NCBI GenBank assembly: GCA_038209995.1 | Contig: JBBQXD010000006.1 | Location: 35,042 to 99,041 of the forward strand | Direction: 5' to 3' | Source: Candidatus Limnocylindria bacterium | Lineage (GTDB): Bacteria; Chloroflexota; Limnocylindria; QHBO01 | DNA: 64,000 nucleotides | Shown: in pieces, positions 39,065 to 48,217 of the stretch | Numbering within the stretch: position 1 is the first letter of the stretch | Layout of the letters: each line of letters begins with the position of its first letter | Notes under the pieces: generated by a model | Databases searched by the model: none | What the model saw: only the letters and a program-made list of their open reading frames with translations | What the model was told of the DNA's origin: nothing | Program-made: the position numbers and the translations under genes

Positions 39065-40363
39065 GTGCTCGAGATCCCATTCGAGCGGCATGCGCTTGCG
39101 AACGGCTTGCGCGTGGTGATCGCGCCCGATCGGTCCGCCCCGATCGTGGCCGTGAACCTCTGGTACGACGTCGGCAGCAAGCACGAGAAGCCCGGCAAGA
39201 CCGGCTTCGCGCACCTCTTCGAGCACATGATGTTCCAGGGCTCGGAGCACGTTGACAAGCGGGAGCACTTCGCCCTCGTCCAGGCGGCCGGCGGCACCCT
39301 CAACGCGTCGACGTGGCTCGATCGAACGAACTACTTCGAGACGCTGCCGGCGCACGAGCTCGAGCTCGCGCTCTGGCTCGAGGCGGACCGCATGGCGAGC
39401 CTGCTCCCGGCGATGACGCAGGAGAAGCTCGACAACCAGCGCGACGTCGTGAAGAACGAGCGCCGCTCGAGCGTCGACAATCAGCCCTACGGCACGTGGG
39501 ACGAGAAGATCCAGGAGCTCCTCTTCCCCGAGGGCCACGGCTACCATCATTCGACGATCGGATCCATGGAGGACCTCTCCGCCGCCTCGCTCGAGGACGT
39601 GGGTGCATTCTTCGCGACCTACTACGCCCCGAACAACGCGGTGCTGACGATCGCCGGCGATGTCGAGCCCGAGGCTGCCCTGGCACGTGCCGAGAAGCAT
39701 TTCGGACCGATCCCCGCCAACGCCGACCTGCCACTTCCTCCCGACATGGCGATCCCACCTCACCTGGGCGCCGAAGTCCGCGAAGTCGTCCCCGACCAGG
39801 TGCCGCTGCCGCGCACGTACCTCGCCTACCGCGCGCCCGTCTTCGGCAGCGAGGCCTTCAACGCGGTCGAGGTGGCCGCCGACCTCCTCGCCGCCGGACG
39901 CGCCTCGCGAACCTACGACACGCTGGTCCGCGGGCAGCGCCTCGCCCAGGATGTCGTCGCCTTTCCCTTCCCGATCGTGGGCGGAGCATCGATCTTCGCG
40001 CTATGGGCGACCGCGCGCCCCAGCATCGCGCACGAGGACCTTGAACGAGCGCTCCTCGAGCAGATCGATCGGCTCGCGACGGATGGCCCGACCGACGCCG
40101 AGCTGGAGCGGGTCCGCAACCTCCACGCCGCCGGCATCGCGTCGAGCCTCGAGCGGGTCGCCGAGCGCGCGGATCGAATCAGCATGTACACCTGCCTCTT
40201 CGACGACCCCGGCCGCATCAATGCCGAGGTCGGCAGCTACGAGGCGGTGGATGCGGCGGCTGTCCGCGACCTGCTGACCGATGTCACCCGCGCCGACAAC
40301 CGGCTGGTCCTCACCTACGTGCCCGCCGAGGCTCCCGCGAGCGAGGATGCCGCGCAGCCATGA
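39065..40363 (+). CDS. M16-family zinc peptidase, catalytic subunit (pitrilysin-like).
   Basis: The GTG start is preceded by an AGGAGG Shine-Dalgarno sequence. The inverted zinc motif HxxEH is present (FAHLFEHMMFQGSEH), with the downstream Glu in NASTWLDRTNY..E. Confidence 0.85.
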   Translation: MLEIPFERHALANGLRVVIAPDRSAPIVAVNLWYDVGSKHEKPGKTGFAHLFEHMMFQGSEHVDKREHFALVQAAGGTLNASTWLDRTNYFETLPAHELELALWLEADRMASLLPAMTQEKLDNQRDVVKNERRSSVDNQPYGTWDEKIQELLFPEGHGYHHSTIGSMEDLSAASLEDVGAFFATYYAPNNAVLTIAGDVEPEAALARAEKHFGPIPANADLPLPPDMAIPPHLGAEVREVVPDQVPLPRTYLAYRAPVFGSEAFNAVEVAADLLAAGRASRTYDTLVRGQRLAQDVVAFPFPIVGGASIFALWATARPSIAHEDLERALLEQIDRLATDGPTDAELERVRNLHAAGIASSLERVAERADRISMYTCLFDDPGRINAEVGSYEAVDAAAVRDLLTDVTRADNRLVLTYVPAEAPASEDAAQP

Positions 40364-41718
40364 CGACGATCAACCCGCTGCGGCCAACCCCCGGCGCGCC
40401 CCGTCCCTACCACTTCCCGAGCTTCACGAGGCGGACGCTGAGCAGCGGCATGCCCGTGTGGCTCGTGCCGCTCCCCGATCGCAGCCTCGTGAACGTCCAT
40501 CTCCTCGTCGACGCGGGAGCTGCCAGCGAGGACGAGGCGCATGCCGGGGTCGCGGCGCTCACCGCCCAGCTGCTCGTCACCGGGACCCGGCGCCTCGACG
40601 CCGCCACGTTCGCGGCCGCGACCGAGCGCCTCGGCATCGAGGTCTCGAGCGAGTCGAGCTGGGACTCGGCGCGAGCGGCCTTCCAAGCGCTACCGGAGCA
40701 CGTCGATGAAGGGTTGGCCCTGCTCGCCGAGATGGTGCGCGAGCCGCGCCTCGACCCCGACGAGTTCGAGCGCCTGAAGGGCGAGCGGCTCGCCGACATC
40801 CTGCAGGCGCGCGCTGACCCCGGCCGGCTGGCCGACGAGATGTTCCTCCGCACGCTCTACGCCGAAGGCATCCCGTACGGGCGGATCTCCGCCGGCTCGC
40901 CCGAATCGGTCGAGCCGCTGACCGTCGACGACGTGCGCGCGTTCCACGCCGCCGCCTGGGGATCGGGGACGGCGAACCTCATCATCGCCGGCGGCTTCGA
41001 CGTGGACCGGGGGATGGCCGCCGCCGAGGCCGCGTTCGGATCGTGGGGCGGCCGCGGCTCACCGCATCGCGCCATCGAGGTGCGAGCGGCGGCAGGACGG
41101 CGGGTCGTGCTCGTCGATCGGCCGGGATCGGTGCAGAGCGAGATCCGCGTCGGCCAGATCGGGATAGCGCGTGCCCACCCGGACTACTTCGGCGCTCTCG
41201 TGATGGCCACGCTGCTGGGCGGCGTGTTCGGGAGCCGCCTCAACGTCCGCCTCCGCGAGGAGCTCGGCTACACGTATGGCGCCCATGCCTCGTTCGACCC
41301 GCGCCGCTCGGCCGGCCCGCTCATCGCGCGGGCCGCGGTCGAGACCGACGTGACGGCCGCGTCGATCCGCGAGCTGCTCGGACAGCTCGACCGCATGCGC
41401 GACGAGGTGCCCGGCGAGGACGAGCTGCGCGAGGTCAAGGACTACATGATCGGCGTCTTCCCTCTGCGCTTCGAGGCGACCGGCGGTGTGGCGGCGGCGA
41501 TCGAGCCGCTCGCGGTGTACGGCCTGCCGGATGACTTCTGGCAGACCTACCGCTCACGCCTCGAGGTCGTGACCCCAGCCGACGTGCAGCGCATCGCCCG
41601 CGAGCTCATCGATCCGGGGTCGCTCGTCATCCTGCTCACCGGCGACGCGAGCGTGGTCCGCGCATCGGTCGAGGCGGAGTCGTTCGCCGGGCTCGAGGTC
41701 GTGGCCCCCCCGACCTGA
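40360..41718 (+). CDS. M16-family peptidase, non-catalytic partner subunit.
   Basis: The start overlaps the stop of the upstream M16 gene in an ATGA arrangement. The protein has M16-like N- and C-terminal domains but lacks HxxEH. Confidence 0.8.
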   Translation: MTTINPLRPTPGAPRPYHFPSFTRRTLSSGMPVWLVPLPDRSLVNVHLLVDAGAASEDEAHAGVAALTAQLLVTGTRRLDAATFAAATERLGIEVSSESSWDSARAAFQALPEHVDEGLALLAEMVREPRLDPDEFERLKGERLADILQARADPGRLADEMFLRTLYAEGIPYGRISAGSPESVEPLTVDDVRAFHAAAWGSGTANLIIAGGFDVDRGMAAAEAAFGSWGGRGSPHRAIEVRAAAGRRVVLVDRPGSVQSEIRVGQIGIARAHPDYFGALVMATLLGGVFGSRLNVRLREELGYTYGAHASFDPRRSAGPLIARAAVETDVTAASIRELLGQLDRMRDEVPGEDELREVKDYMIGVFPLRFEATGGVAAAIEPLAVYGLPDDFWQTYRSRLEVVTPADVQRIARELIDPGSLVILLTGDASVVRASVEAESFAGLEVVAPPT

Positions 41719-41722
41719 TCGG

Positions 41723-43216
41723 TCAGTCGGCTCCGTCGCGCGCGACCCGTTCGGCCCCGTTCGCCGCCGGCCAGCGCAGCGCGAACACCGCCCCGGGACG
41801 CCGCTGCTCGAGCTGGACCGAGCCGCCCTGCGCGTCCATCGTGGCGCGGACGAGGAAGAGCCCGAGGCCAAGGCCGCGCCCGGCGGTCACCCGATCCCGG
41901 AAGAGCTCTTCGGCCATCTCGTCGGCCACCCCCGGCCCACCGTCTGCGACGCGCAGCACGACCGGATCCGCGCCACTGACCTCGACACGAATCGGCAGGC
42001 CCGCCGTCGAATAGCGGTCGGCGTTCGTCAGGAGATTCGTGATCGCCTGCTCGGCCAGCGGGCGATCCCCGACCACCATCGTCCCACCCGGCACAGTGAT
42101 CCGCAGGTCACGGTCGCTCCCCCGGGCGCGGAGTCGCTCGACCGCCGTCTCGACGGCCGCGCCGAGGTTGAACGGCTCGCGATCCGCTGCGACGCGACCG
42201 CTGTCGGCGCGCGAATAGAGCTCCAGCCGCTCGAGGATCCCGATCGCCGCCTCAATCGAATCAAGCGCCCGCGTGCCGTGGTTGCGGGTCCGCGGGGCAA
42301 GGTCAGGGTCGCGCTGGCCGAGCTCCACCCGCGCCTTCGCCACCGCGAGCGGGTTCCGGAGCTCGTGGGCCACGTAGCTCGCGAAGCGCGACAGGCGGCG
42401 CCGCTCATCCTCTTCGCGCCCGACATCCCGCAGCAGCAGCACGCAGCCGCCACCGGGGACAGGTGTGCCCTCGACGTCGAGCAGGAAGTCGCGACCGGAC
42501 GTCGGGAGGCGAACGAGGTAGCGGCCGCGGACCGCCTCGCGCTGCGCCGCGAGCTGGGGGATCGCATCGGGCGCGATGGCATCGCCCCGCTTGTCGCGCG
42601 GTTCCGCGAGGCGATGCCATTGGTCGGGTCCGCACTCGATGAAGGTGCGCCCGAAGAGGGCCCGTGCAGCCCGATTGCCGAAGCGGCCGTGACCATCGGC
42701 GTCGTAGACGATGACCGGTTCGGGCACCGAGTCGGCCACCTCGGTGAGCCGGGCTCGCTCGCGCTCGGTGGCGACATAGGCCTCGGAGAGCGCCGCCTGG
42801 ATCTCACGCAGCTGAGCCTCGCGCCGCCCCATCTCGTCGCGCGCCTCCTCGAGCGCGGCGCGTGCGACGCGCGCCGACTCGAGCGCTACCTCGAGGCGCC
42901 GGATGAGGACGATGAGGATCGGCGCGCCGATGACGGCGACCGCGAGGCGCACGGCGCTCGCCGGCGAGACGTCGAGCGGCCCCACGATGAGCTGGGCCAC
43001 GACCGTGGCCGTGATGGCGAACAGGTAGGCGACCGTCGCGGCGACCCAGCCCAGCGAGAGCCCGACGGCCACCACCGCGATGAGCGGCAGCACCCCGAAG
43101 AGGGTGCCGGACCCGAGGTAGACCGCCAGCAGGCCGGCGAGGATTCCCACCGCAGCGGCGATGCCGAGGCGCACCGTGGCCCCCGGCCGCGGACCGGATG
43201 GCCGGAGCATGCTCAT
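41723..43216 (-). CDS. Sensor histidine kinase (transmembrane helices, a PAS-like domain, HisKA and HATPase_c).
   Basis: The H-box is SYVAHELRNPLA. The ATP-lid G-boxes are (DGGPGV, GRGLGLGL). There are 3-4 N-terminal transmembrane helices. The start overlaps the J-domain gene stop in an ATGA arrangement (43213-43216). No response-regulator gene is adjacent. Confidence 0.8.
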   Translation of the reverse strand: MSMLRPSGPRPGATVRLGIAAAVGILAGLLAVYLGSGTLFGVLPLIAVVAVGLSLGWVAATVAYLFAITATVVAQLIVGPLDVSPASAVRLAVAVIGAPILIVLIRRLEVALESARVARAALEEARDEMGRREAQLREIQAALSEAYVATERERARLTEVADSVPEPVIVYDADGHGRFGNRAARALFGRTFIECGPDQWHRLAEPRDKRGDAIAPDAIPQLAAQREAVRGRYLVRLPTSGRDFLLDVEGTPVPGGGCVLLLRDVGREEDERRRLSRFASYVAHELRNPLAVAKARVELGQRDPDLAPRTRNHGTRALDSIEAAIGILERLELYSRADSGRVAADREPFNLGAAVETAVERLRARGSDRDLRITVPGGTMVVGDRPLAEQAITNLLTNADRYSTAGLPIRVEVSGADPVVLRVADGGPGVADEMAEELFRDRVTAGRGLGLGLFLVRATMDAQGGSVQLEQRRPGAVFALRWPAANGAERVARDGAD

Positions 43217-44379
43217 CGCCGGGCGGCGGCGCGCGCGGCCCGCTCGCGGGCCCGGCCGAGCCGCACGCGAGCGGCAGCCAGCCGCCGCGCCGGGTCGCCG
43301 CCGATGCGCCGCGGGTCGAGCGCCTCGGGATGCCCGCCGCGCGCAATCCCGGCCAGCAGCGTGGACGCGCGATCGAGCTGCCCGGTCTCGGTGAGGAGCT
43401 GCACGATCGAGTACCAGCGCGCCGGCTCGACGATCGGCATCGCGACCGCGCGCTCGACGAGCTCGGCGGCGCGGCCCGCGTGCCCCGCGCGGCGATGGGC
43501 GAGGATCGCGGCGCGCACATCGGCGAATGCGGGCTCCATCTCGAGCGCTTCGAGGTAGTTCAGGAGCAGCTCGGCGTTCTCAGCCCGCTCGTCGGGGTGG
43601 CCGCGCCGGACCATCCGGTCCCGGAACTCGGCCAGCACCGCGCGGAGCTCGCCGTCGACCCAGCGTCGCGGCGGCGAGCCGGGATCGAACCGGTCCTGGA
43701 GGCCGCGCAGGAACGCCGCTCCGCGCAGGAGCTGTCCGTTCGACCGATAGGCGCTCCGCAGGTCGGCCGCCACGAGGGCGTCGAGCGTGCGCTCGAGCTC
43801 GACCAGGCGCTCCAGCGCGCCGAGCCAATCGTCGATGCGCCCGCGCTCGTGGTACCAGGCGGCCGCGAACCGCAGCCAGTAGCGCTCGCGATGCGCGCGC
43901 CAGTCCTCGCCGACGATCTCGTGCTCGATGATCCATCGCCGCTGGGCGGCCGGCCCGGCCAGGAACACGTCGACGGGGACCCGGAAGCCGGCGACGCTGC
44001 GCCACTGCGGCTGATGCCAGCGGCTCGTCGACGGCGCCGGCGCGATGCGTCGCCGATGCACGCGGCGCGGGGCCTCGTGCTCGTCGAGCGGCCAGCTCAG
44101 CAGGTCGGCGGTCCCCCGTTCGAGCTCGCGGTCGTAGTGGAGGCGGCGGAGCGGGTCCCGCAGCGACGACCACGCCCGATTCAACATCGACGTGCGCCGC
44201 GTGGCGAGCTCCGAGGCGCTCGCGACGTCGGGGTGGTGGCGGAGCACCGCCTCGCGGAAGGCGGCGCGCAGCTCGCTCGCCGACGCGCTCGGCTCCACGC
44301 CGAGCACCGCGTAGTAGTCGCGTGCCTCGGTGCGCGGCGCGATCGTCTGCGGCTCGTGAGCGGCCGTCGTGGATGCCAT
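43213..44379 (-). CDS. J-domain (DnaJ-like) protein with a ~300-aa C-terminal region of unknown function.
   Basis: The N-terminal J domain is DYYAVLGVEPSASASELRAAFREAVLRHHPD (HPD tripeptide present). No Gly/Phe or zinc-finger DnaJ regions are present. Confidence 0.7.
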   Translation of the reverse strand: MASTTAAHEPQTIAPRTEARDYYAVLGVEPSASASELRAAFREAVLRHHPDVASASELATRRTSMLNRAWSSLRDPLRRLHYDRELERGTADLLSWPLDEHEAPRRVHRRRIAPAPSTSRWHQPQWRSVAGFRVPVDVFLAGPAAQRRWIIEHEIVGEDWRAHRERYWLRFAAAWYHERGRIDDWLGALERLVELERTLDALVAADLRSAYRSNGQLLRGAAFLRGLQDRFDPGSPPRRWVDGELRAVLAEFRDRMVRRGHPDERAENAELLLNYLEALEMEPAFADVRAAILAHRRAGHAGRAAELVERAVAMPIVEPARWYSIVQLLTETGQLDRASTLLAGIARGGHPEALDPRRIGGDPARRLAAARVRLGRARERAARAAARR

Positions 44380-44435
44380 CCGGCCGAGTCTAGCGTGCCG
44401 GTCCGACGCACCATGAGTCGGCTATCCTGCGCCGC

Positions 44436-45428
44436 ATGGTCAGCGCGCCACGCCCGGGCGCTCCTCGAGCCGGGCATCTGCTCATCATCGGCGGCGCCGA
44501 GGACAAGCTGCGACAGCGGCAGATCCTCGCGCGCTTCGTGTCGCTCGCCGGCGGGCCTGACGCGCGGATCGTGGTCATCAGCACCGCATCGTCCCTGGGC
44601 GACGAGGCGACCCAGCTCTACGAGCACCTGTTCCGCAGCATGGGCGTCACGGACGTGCGTGGCCTCCGTCCCATCGTCCGCGAGGACGCCGAGGATCGGC
44701 AGTCGATCGACCTGGTGACCGATGCCACCGGCATCTTCATGACCGGCGGCAACCAGCTCCGCCTGTCGAGCGTCATCGGCGGGACCGGGCTCGGACGTGC
44801 GCTCATCGAGCGCCACCGCCACGGCGCGATCATCGCCGGCACCAGCGCCGGCGCGTCGGCCATCAGCAGCCACATGGTCGCCTTCGGCACGTCGGGAGCG
44901 TCTCCCAAGCAGCGGATGACCCAGATGAGCGCCGGCCTTGGGCTGCTCCCGGGAGTCGTGATCGACCAGCACTTCGAGCAGCGCAACCGCTTCGGGCGGC
45001 TGATGGCGCTCATCGCGCAGTCGCCGGCGCTGCTCGGGATCGGCGTCGACGAGGACACGGCCGCGCTCGTCACCCCCAGCCGCGTGCTCGAGGTGATCGG
45101 CAAGGGATCGGTCACCATCCTCGACCCGGCGAAGATCCAGACCGATGCCTACGAGATCAAGCGCCACCGGCCGATCATGGTCTCGGGAGTGGTCCTCCAC
45201 TCCCTCCCGTCGGGGTACCGATTCGACATCCGCAAGCGGCGCCTGCTCCCGCCGCTGCGCCCGGTCACCGCCACCGATCGCGAGATCGCGTCGCTCGGTC
45301 GGGCCAGCGACCGGACGCGGCGCCTCATCCGCCGCATCGCCGCCGAGGGCGCCGACGATCGGGCCCCCGAGCGCGCTCGGCGGCGTGCCGTCCACGCCCG
45401 CCGGCTCGAGGAGGAGGCAAGCGAATGA
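44436..45428 (+). CDS. cphB: Cyanophycinase (peptidase S51).
   Basis: The sequence LLIIGGAEDK...GIFMTGGNQLRL...IIAGTSAGASAI shows the catalytic Ser in the GTSAG context. The stop overlaps the cphA start in an ATGA arrangement. Confidence 0.85.
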   Translation: MVSAPRPGAPRAGHLLIIGGAEDKLRQRQILARFVSLAGGPDARIVVISTASSLGDEATQLYEHLFRSMGVTDVRGLRPIVREDAEDRQSIDLVTDATGIFMTGGNQLRLSSVIGGTGLGRALIERHRHGAIIAGTSAGASAISSHMVAFGTSGASPKQRMTQMSAGLGLLPGVVIDQHFEQRNRFGRLMALIAQSPALLGIGVDEDTAALVTPSRVLEVIGKGSVTILDPAKIQTDAYEIKRHRPIMVSGVVLHSLPSGYRFDIRKRRLLPPLRPVTATDREIASLGRASDRTRRLIRRIAAEGADDRAPERARRRAVHARRLEEEASE

Positions 45429-48217
45429 CGAAGCGCGGCGACCCCCCACCGGGGGCGGTGCCACTCCCCGAGCTGACGGTCGTCGAGACGCGGGTCTACC
45501 GCGGCCCGAACTACTGGAGCTACGAGCCGGCGATCAAGCTCATCGTCGACCTCGGCGTGCTCGAGCACTTCCCGACCAACACGATCCCCGGCTTCACCGA
45601 GGCCCTGCTCGAGATGCTGCCGGGCGTCGGCCTCCACTCCTGTGGGACCGGCAAGCCCGGCGGCTTCGCCGGCCGGCTGCGTGACGGCACGTGGGTCGGG
45701 CACGTTGCCGAGCACATCGCCCTCCAGCTCCAGCGCGAGGCGGGCACCGAGGTCGGCCGCGGCAAGACGCGCGGCACCGGCGACCCGGGGCGCTACCACG
45801 TCGTCTTCTCGTTCGCCGAGGAGGCGGTGGGACTGGCGGCCGGGAAGCTGGCGGTGCGTCTCGTCAACCATCTCGTGCGCGCCGAGGACGGGTTCGACTT
45901 CCGGGCCGAGCTCGAGGCCCTCATCCTGCTTGCCGAACGATCCGCGTTCGGTCCGTCGACCCAGGCGCTCATCGACGAGGCGGGGCTGCGCGACATCCCC
46001 TGGATCCGCCTGAACAGCGAGTCGCTGGTCCAGCTCGGCCACGGCGTCCATCAGCAGCGCATCCGGGCCACGATGACGAGCAAGACGAGCTCGATCGCGG
46101 TCGATACCGCGTCAGACAAGAAGCTCACGAACCAGCTCCTGGCCGCCACCGGCGTGCCCGTGCCGCGCGCACAGGTCGTGCGCTCCCCGGACGAGGCCGC
46201 CGACGCGGCCGCCCGGATCGGGTTCCCCGTCGCCGTCAAGCCGCTCGACGGCAACCACGGCCGTGGGGTGATCCTCAACCTGGCGGACGCGCAGGCGGTG
46301 CGCGACGCGGTGCCGCTGGCACGGTCCCAGTCCCGCTCCGGGGCGCTCGTGGTGGAGAGCTTCATCACCGGCAACGACTATCGGTGCCTCGTGATCGGTG
46401 GCGTGCTGCGGGCCGTCGCGCAGCGCGTGCCGGCGCACGTCGAGGGAGACGGCACGCACTCGGTCGCCGATCTCGTCGAGCTCACGAATGCCGACCCGCG
46501 CCGAGGCATCGGTCACGAGAAGGTGCTGACCCGCATCAAGGTCGACAACGAGTCGATCGTCTACGCCCGCGAGCAGGGCTTCGAGATGACGGACGTGCCG
46601 CCGCGCGGCCAGCGCGTCTTCCTCAAGCGCACCGGCAACATGAGCACCGGTGGCATCAGCATCGATCGCACCGAGGAGATCCATCCCGACAACGCCGAGA
46701 TCGCCGAGCAGGCGGCCCGCGTAGTCGGGCTCGACATCGCGGGCATCGACTTCATCTGCCCCGACATAAGCGTTCCGGTCCGCGAGACGGGGGGCGGCAT
46801 CGTGGAGGTCAACGCCGCACCGGGCTTCCGGATGCACACGCACCCGACCGAGGGCGAGCCGCAGTACGTCGCAACACCGGTGCTCGACCTGCTCTTCCCG
46901 CCCGGCACCGATGCCCGCATTCCGATCGTCGCCGTCACCGGCACGAACGGCAAGACGACCACCGCTCGGATGATCTCGCACATCATGAAGGGCATGGGTC
47001 ACAAGGTCGGTCTGACGAGCACCGACGGGATCTTCGTCGACGGTCGGATGATCCGAAAGGCCGATGCCTCCGGTCCCCGCTCGGCGTCGACTGTCCTCCA
47101 GCACCCGCTCGTCGACTTCGCCGTCTTCGAGGTGGCGCGCGGCGGCATCCTGCGCGAGGGTCTCGGCTACCAGCGCAACGACGTGGCGGTCGTCCTCAAC
47201 GTGACCGGCGACCACCTCGGCCTCGGTGGCATCCATTCGCTGAAGCAGCTCGCCGGCGTCAAGCAGGTCGTCGTCGAGGCCGTGCCGCGCGACGGGACTG
47301 CGGTCCTCAATGCCGACGACCCGCTCGTCGCCGCGATGGGCCGCCAGACATCGGGATCGGTCATCTACTTCTCGATGGACGCCGAGAACGATCGGATCAA
47401 GTTCCAGGCATCGCGGGGACGGCGCGCGGTGACCCTCGAAAAGGGGCGGAACGGCGAGATGATCGTGCTGCGCCAGGGCCGCAAGTCGATGCCCCTGGTC
47501 TGGACCCACCTCCTGCCCTCGACCTTCGAGGGTCGGGCGCGCATGAACGTGCAGAACGCGCTCGCCGCCGCGGCGGCCGCGTGGGCCGCCGGCGCCCACC
47601 TCCACGACATTCGGCAGGGGCTGCGAACGTTCACCACGAGCTACTACATGGCACCCGGACGCCTGAACATGTTCGAGCTCGACGGCTACCGGGTGATCGT
47701 CGACTACGCCCACAACCCGGCGGCCGTCGACGCGCTCGGCCAGTTCGTGGGCAGCCTGACCGAGCCGACGCCGGGCGGAGCGCGCGCGCTGGTCACTGGG
47801 CTCCGGATCGGGGTCATCGCGACGGCGGGCGATCGCCGGGACGAGGACATCGTCGAGGTCGGCCGCATCGCGGCCCGCCATTTCGACCACATCGTGATCC
47901 GCGAGGACGAGAATAACCGTGGCCGTCCGCGGGGGACCACCGCCGAGCTCATCCATCGTGGCGTGCGATCCGCGATGGCGGCCGGCGAGGCGCGTGTGAC
48001 CGAGCTGGAGACGTACCTCGACGAGATGGAGGCGACGCGCCACGTGCTCGACATCGCGGCGCCCGGTGACGTGATCGCCGTCTGCGTCGACCACGCGAAC
48101 GATGTCTGGAAGGAGCTGCAGCGGCGACAGCACGGCGCGGCGACCGACGGATCGGGGCTCCGCGCGGTGACGATCCTCGACGAGATCCCGACGGCCGAGG
48201 ACCTGGAGCCGGCCTAG
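45425..48217 (+). CDS. cphA: Cyanophycin synthetase, full length (N domain, ATP-grasp G domain, Mur-ligase M domain).
   Basis: The 930-aa protein has an N domain (RVYRGPNYWSY), an ATP-grasp region (PVAVKPLDGNHGRGV, VESFITGNDYRCLVI) and a Mur-ligase region (IVAVTGTNGKTTTARM, DYAHNPAA). Confidence 0.9.
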   Translation: MTKRGDPPPGAVPLPELTVVETRVYRGPNYWSYEPAIKLIVDLGVLEHFPTNTIPGFTEALLEMLPGVGLHSCGTGKPGGFAGRLRDGTWVGHVAEHIALQLQREAGTEVGRGKTRGTGDPGRYHVVFSFAEEAVGLAAGKLAVRLVNHLVRAEDGFDFRAELEALILLAERSAFGPSTQALIDEAGLRDIPWIRLNSESLVQLGHGVHQQRIRATMTSKTSSIAVDTASDKKLTNQLLAATGVPVPRAQVVRSPDEAADAAARIGFPVAVKPLDGNHGRGVILNLADAQAVRDAVPLARSQSRSGALVVESFITGNDYRCLVIGGVLRAVAQRVPAHVEGDGTHSVADLVELTNADPRRGIGHEKVLTRIKVDNESIVYAREQGFEMTDVPPRGQRVFLKRTGNMSTGGISIDRTEEIHPDNAEIAEQAARVVGLDIAGIDFICPDISVPVRETGGGIVEVNAAPGFRMHTHPTEGEPQYVATPVLDLLFPPGTDARIPIVAVTGTNGKTTTARMISHIMKGMGHKVGLTSTDGIFVDGRMIRKADASGPRSASTVLQHPLVDFAVFEVARGGILREGLGYQRNDVAVVLNVTGDHLGLGGIHSLKQLAGVKQVVVEAVPRDGTAVLNADDPLVAAMGRQTSGSVIYFSMDAENDRIKFQASRGRRAVTLEKGRNGEMIVLRQGRKSMPLVWTHLLPSTFEGRARMNVQNALAAAAAAWAAGAHLHDIRQGLRTFTTSYYMAPGRLNMFELDGYRVIVDYAHNPAAVDALGQFVGSLTEPTPGGARALVTGLRIGVIATAGDRRDEDIVEVGRIAARHFDHIVIREDENNRGRPRGTTAELIHRGVRSAMAAGEARVTELETYLDEMEATRHVLDIAAPGDVIAVCVDHANDVWKELQRRQHGAATDGSGLRAVTILDEIPTAEDLEPA

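Noticed and set aside
46112-48133. A 673-aa minus-strand ORF antisense to cphA.
   Set aside because: It has no recognisable domains and is highly Arg/Asp/Gly-biased, whereas the sense strand encodes a textbook CphA.
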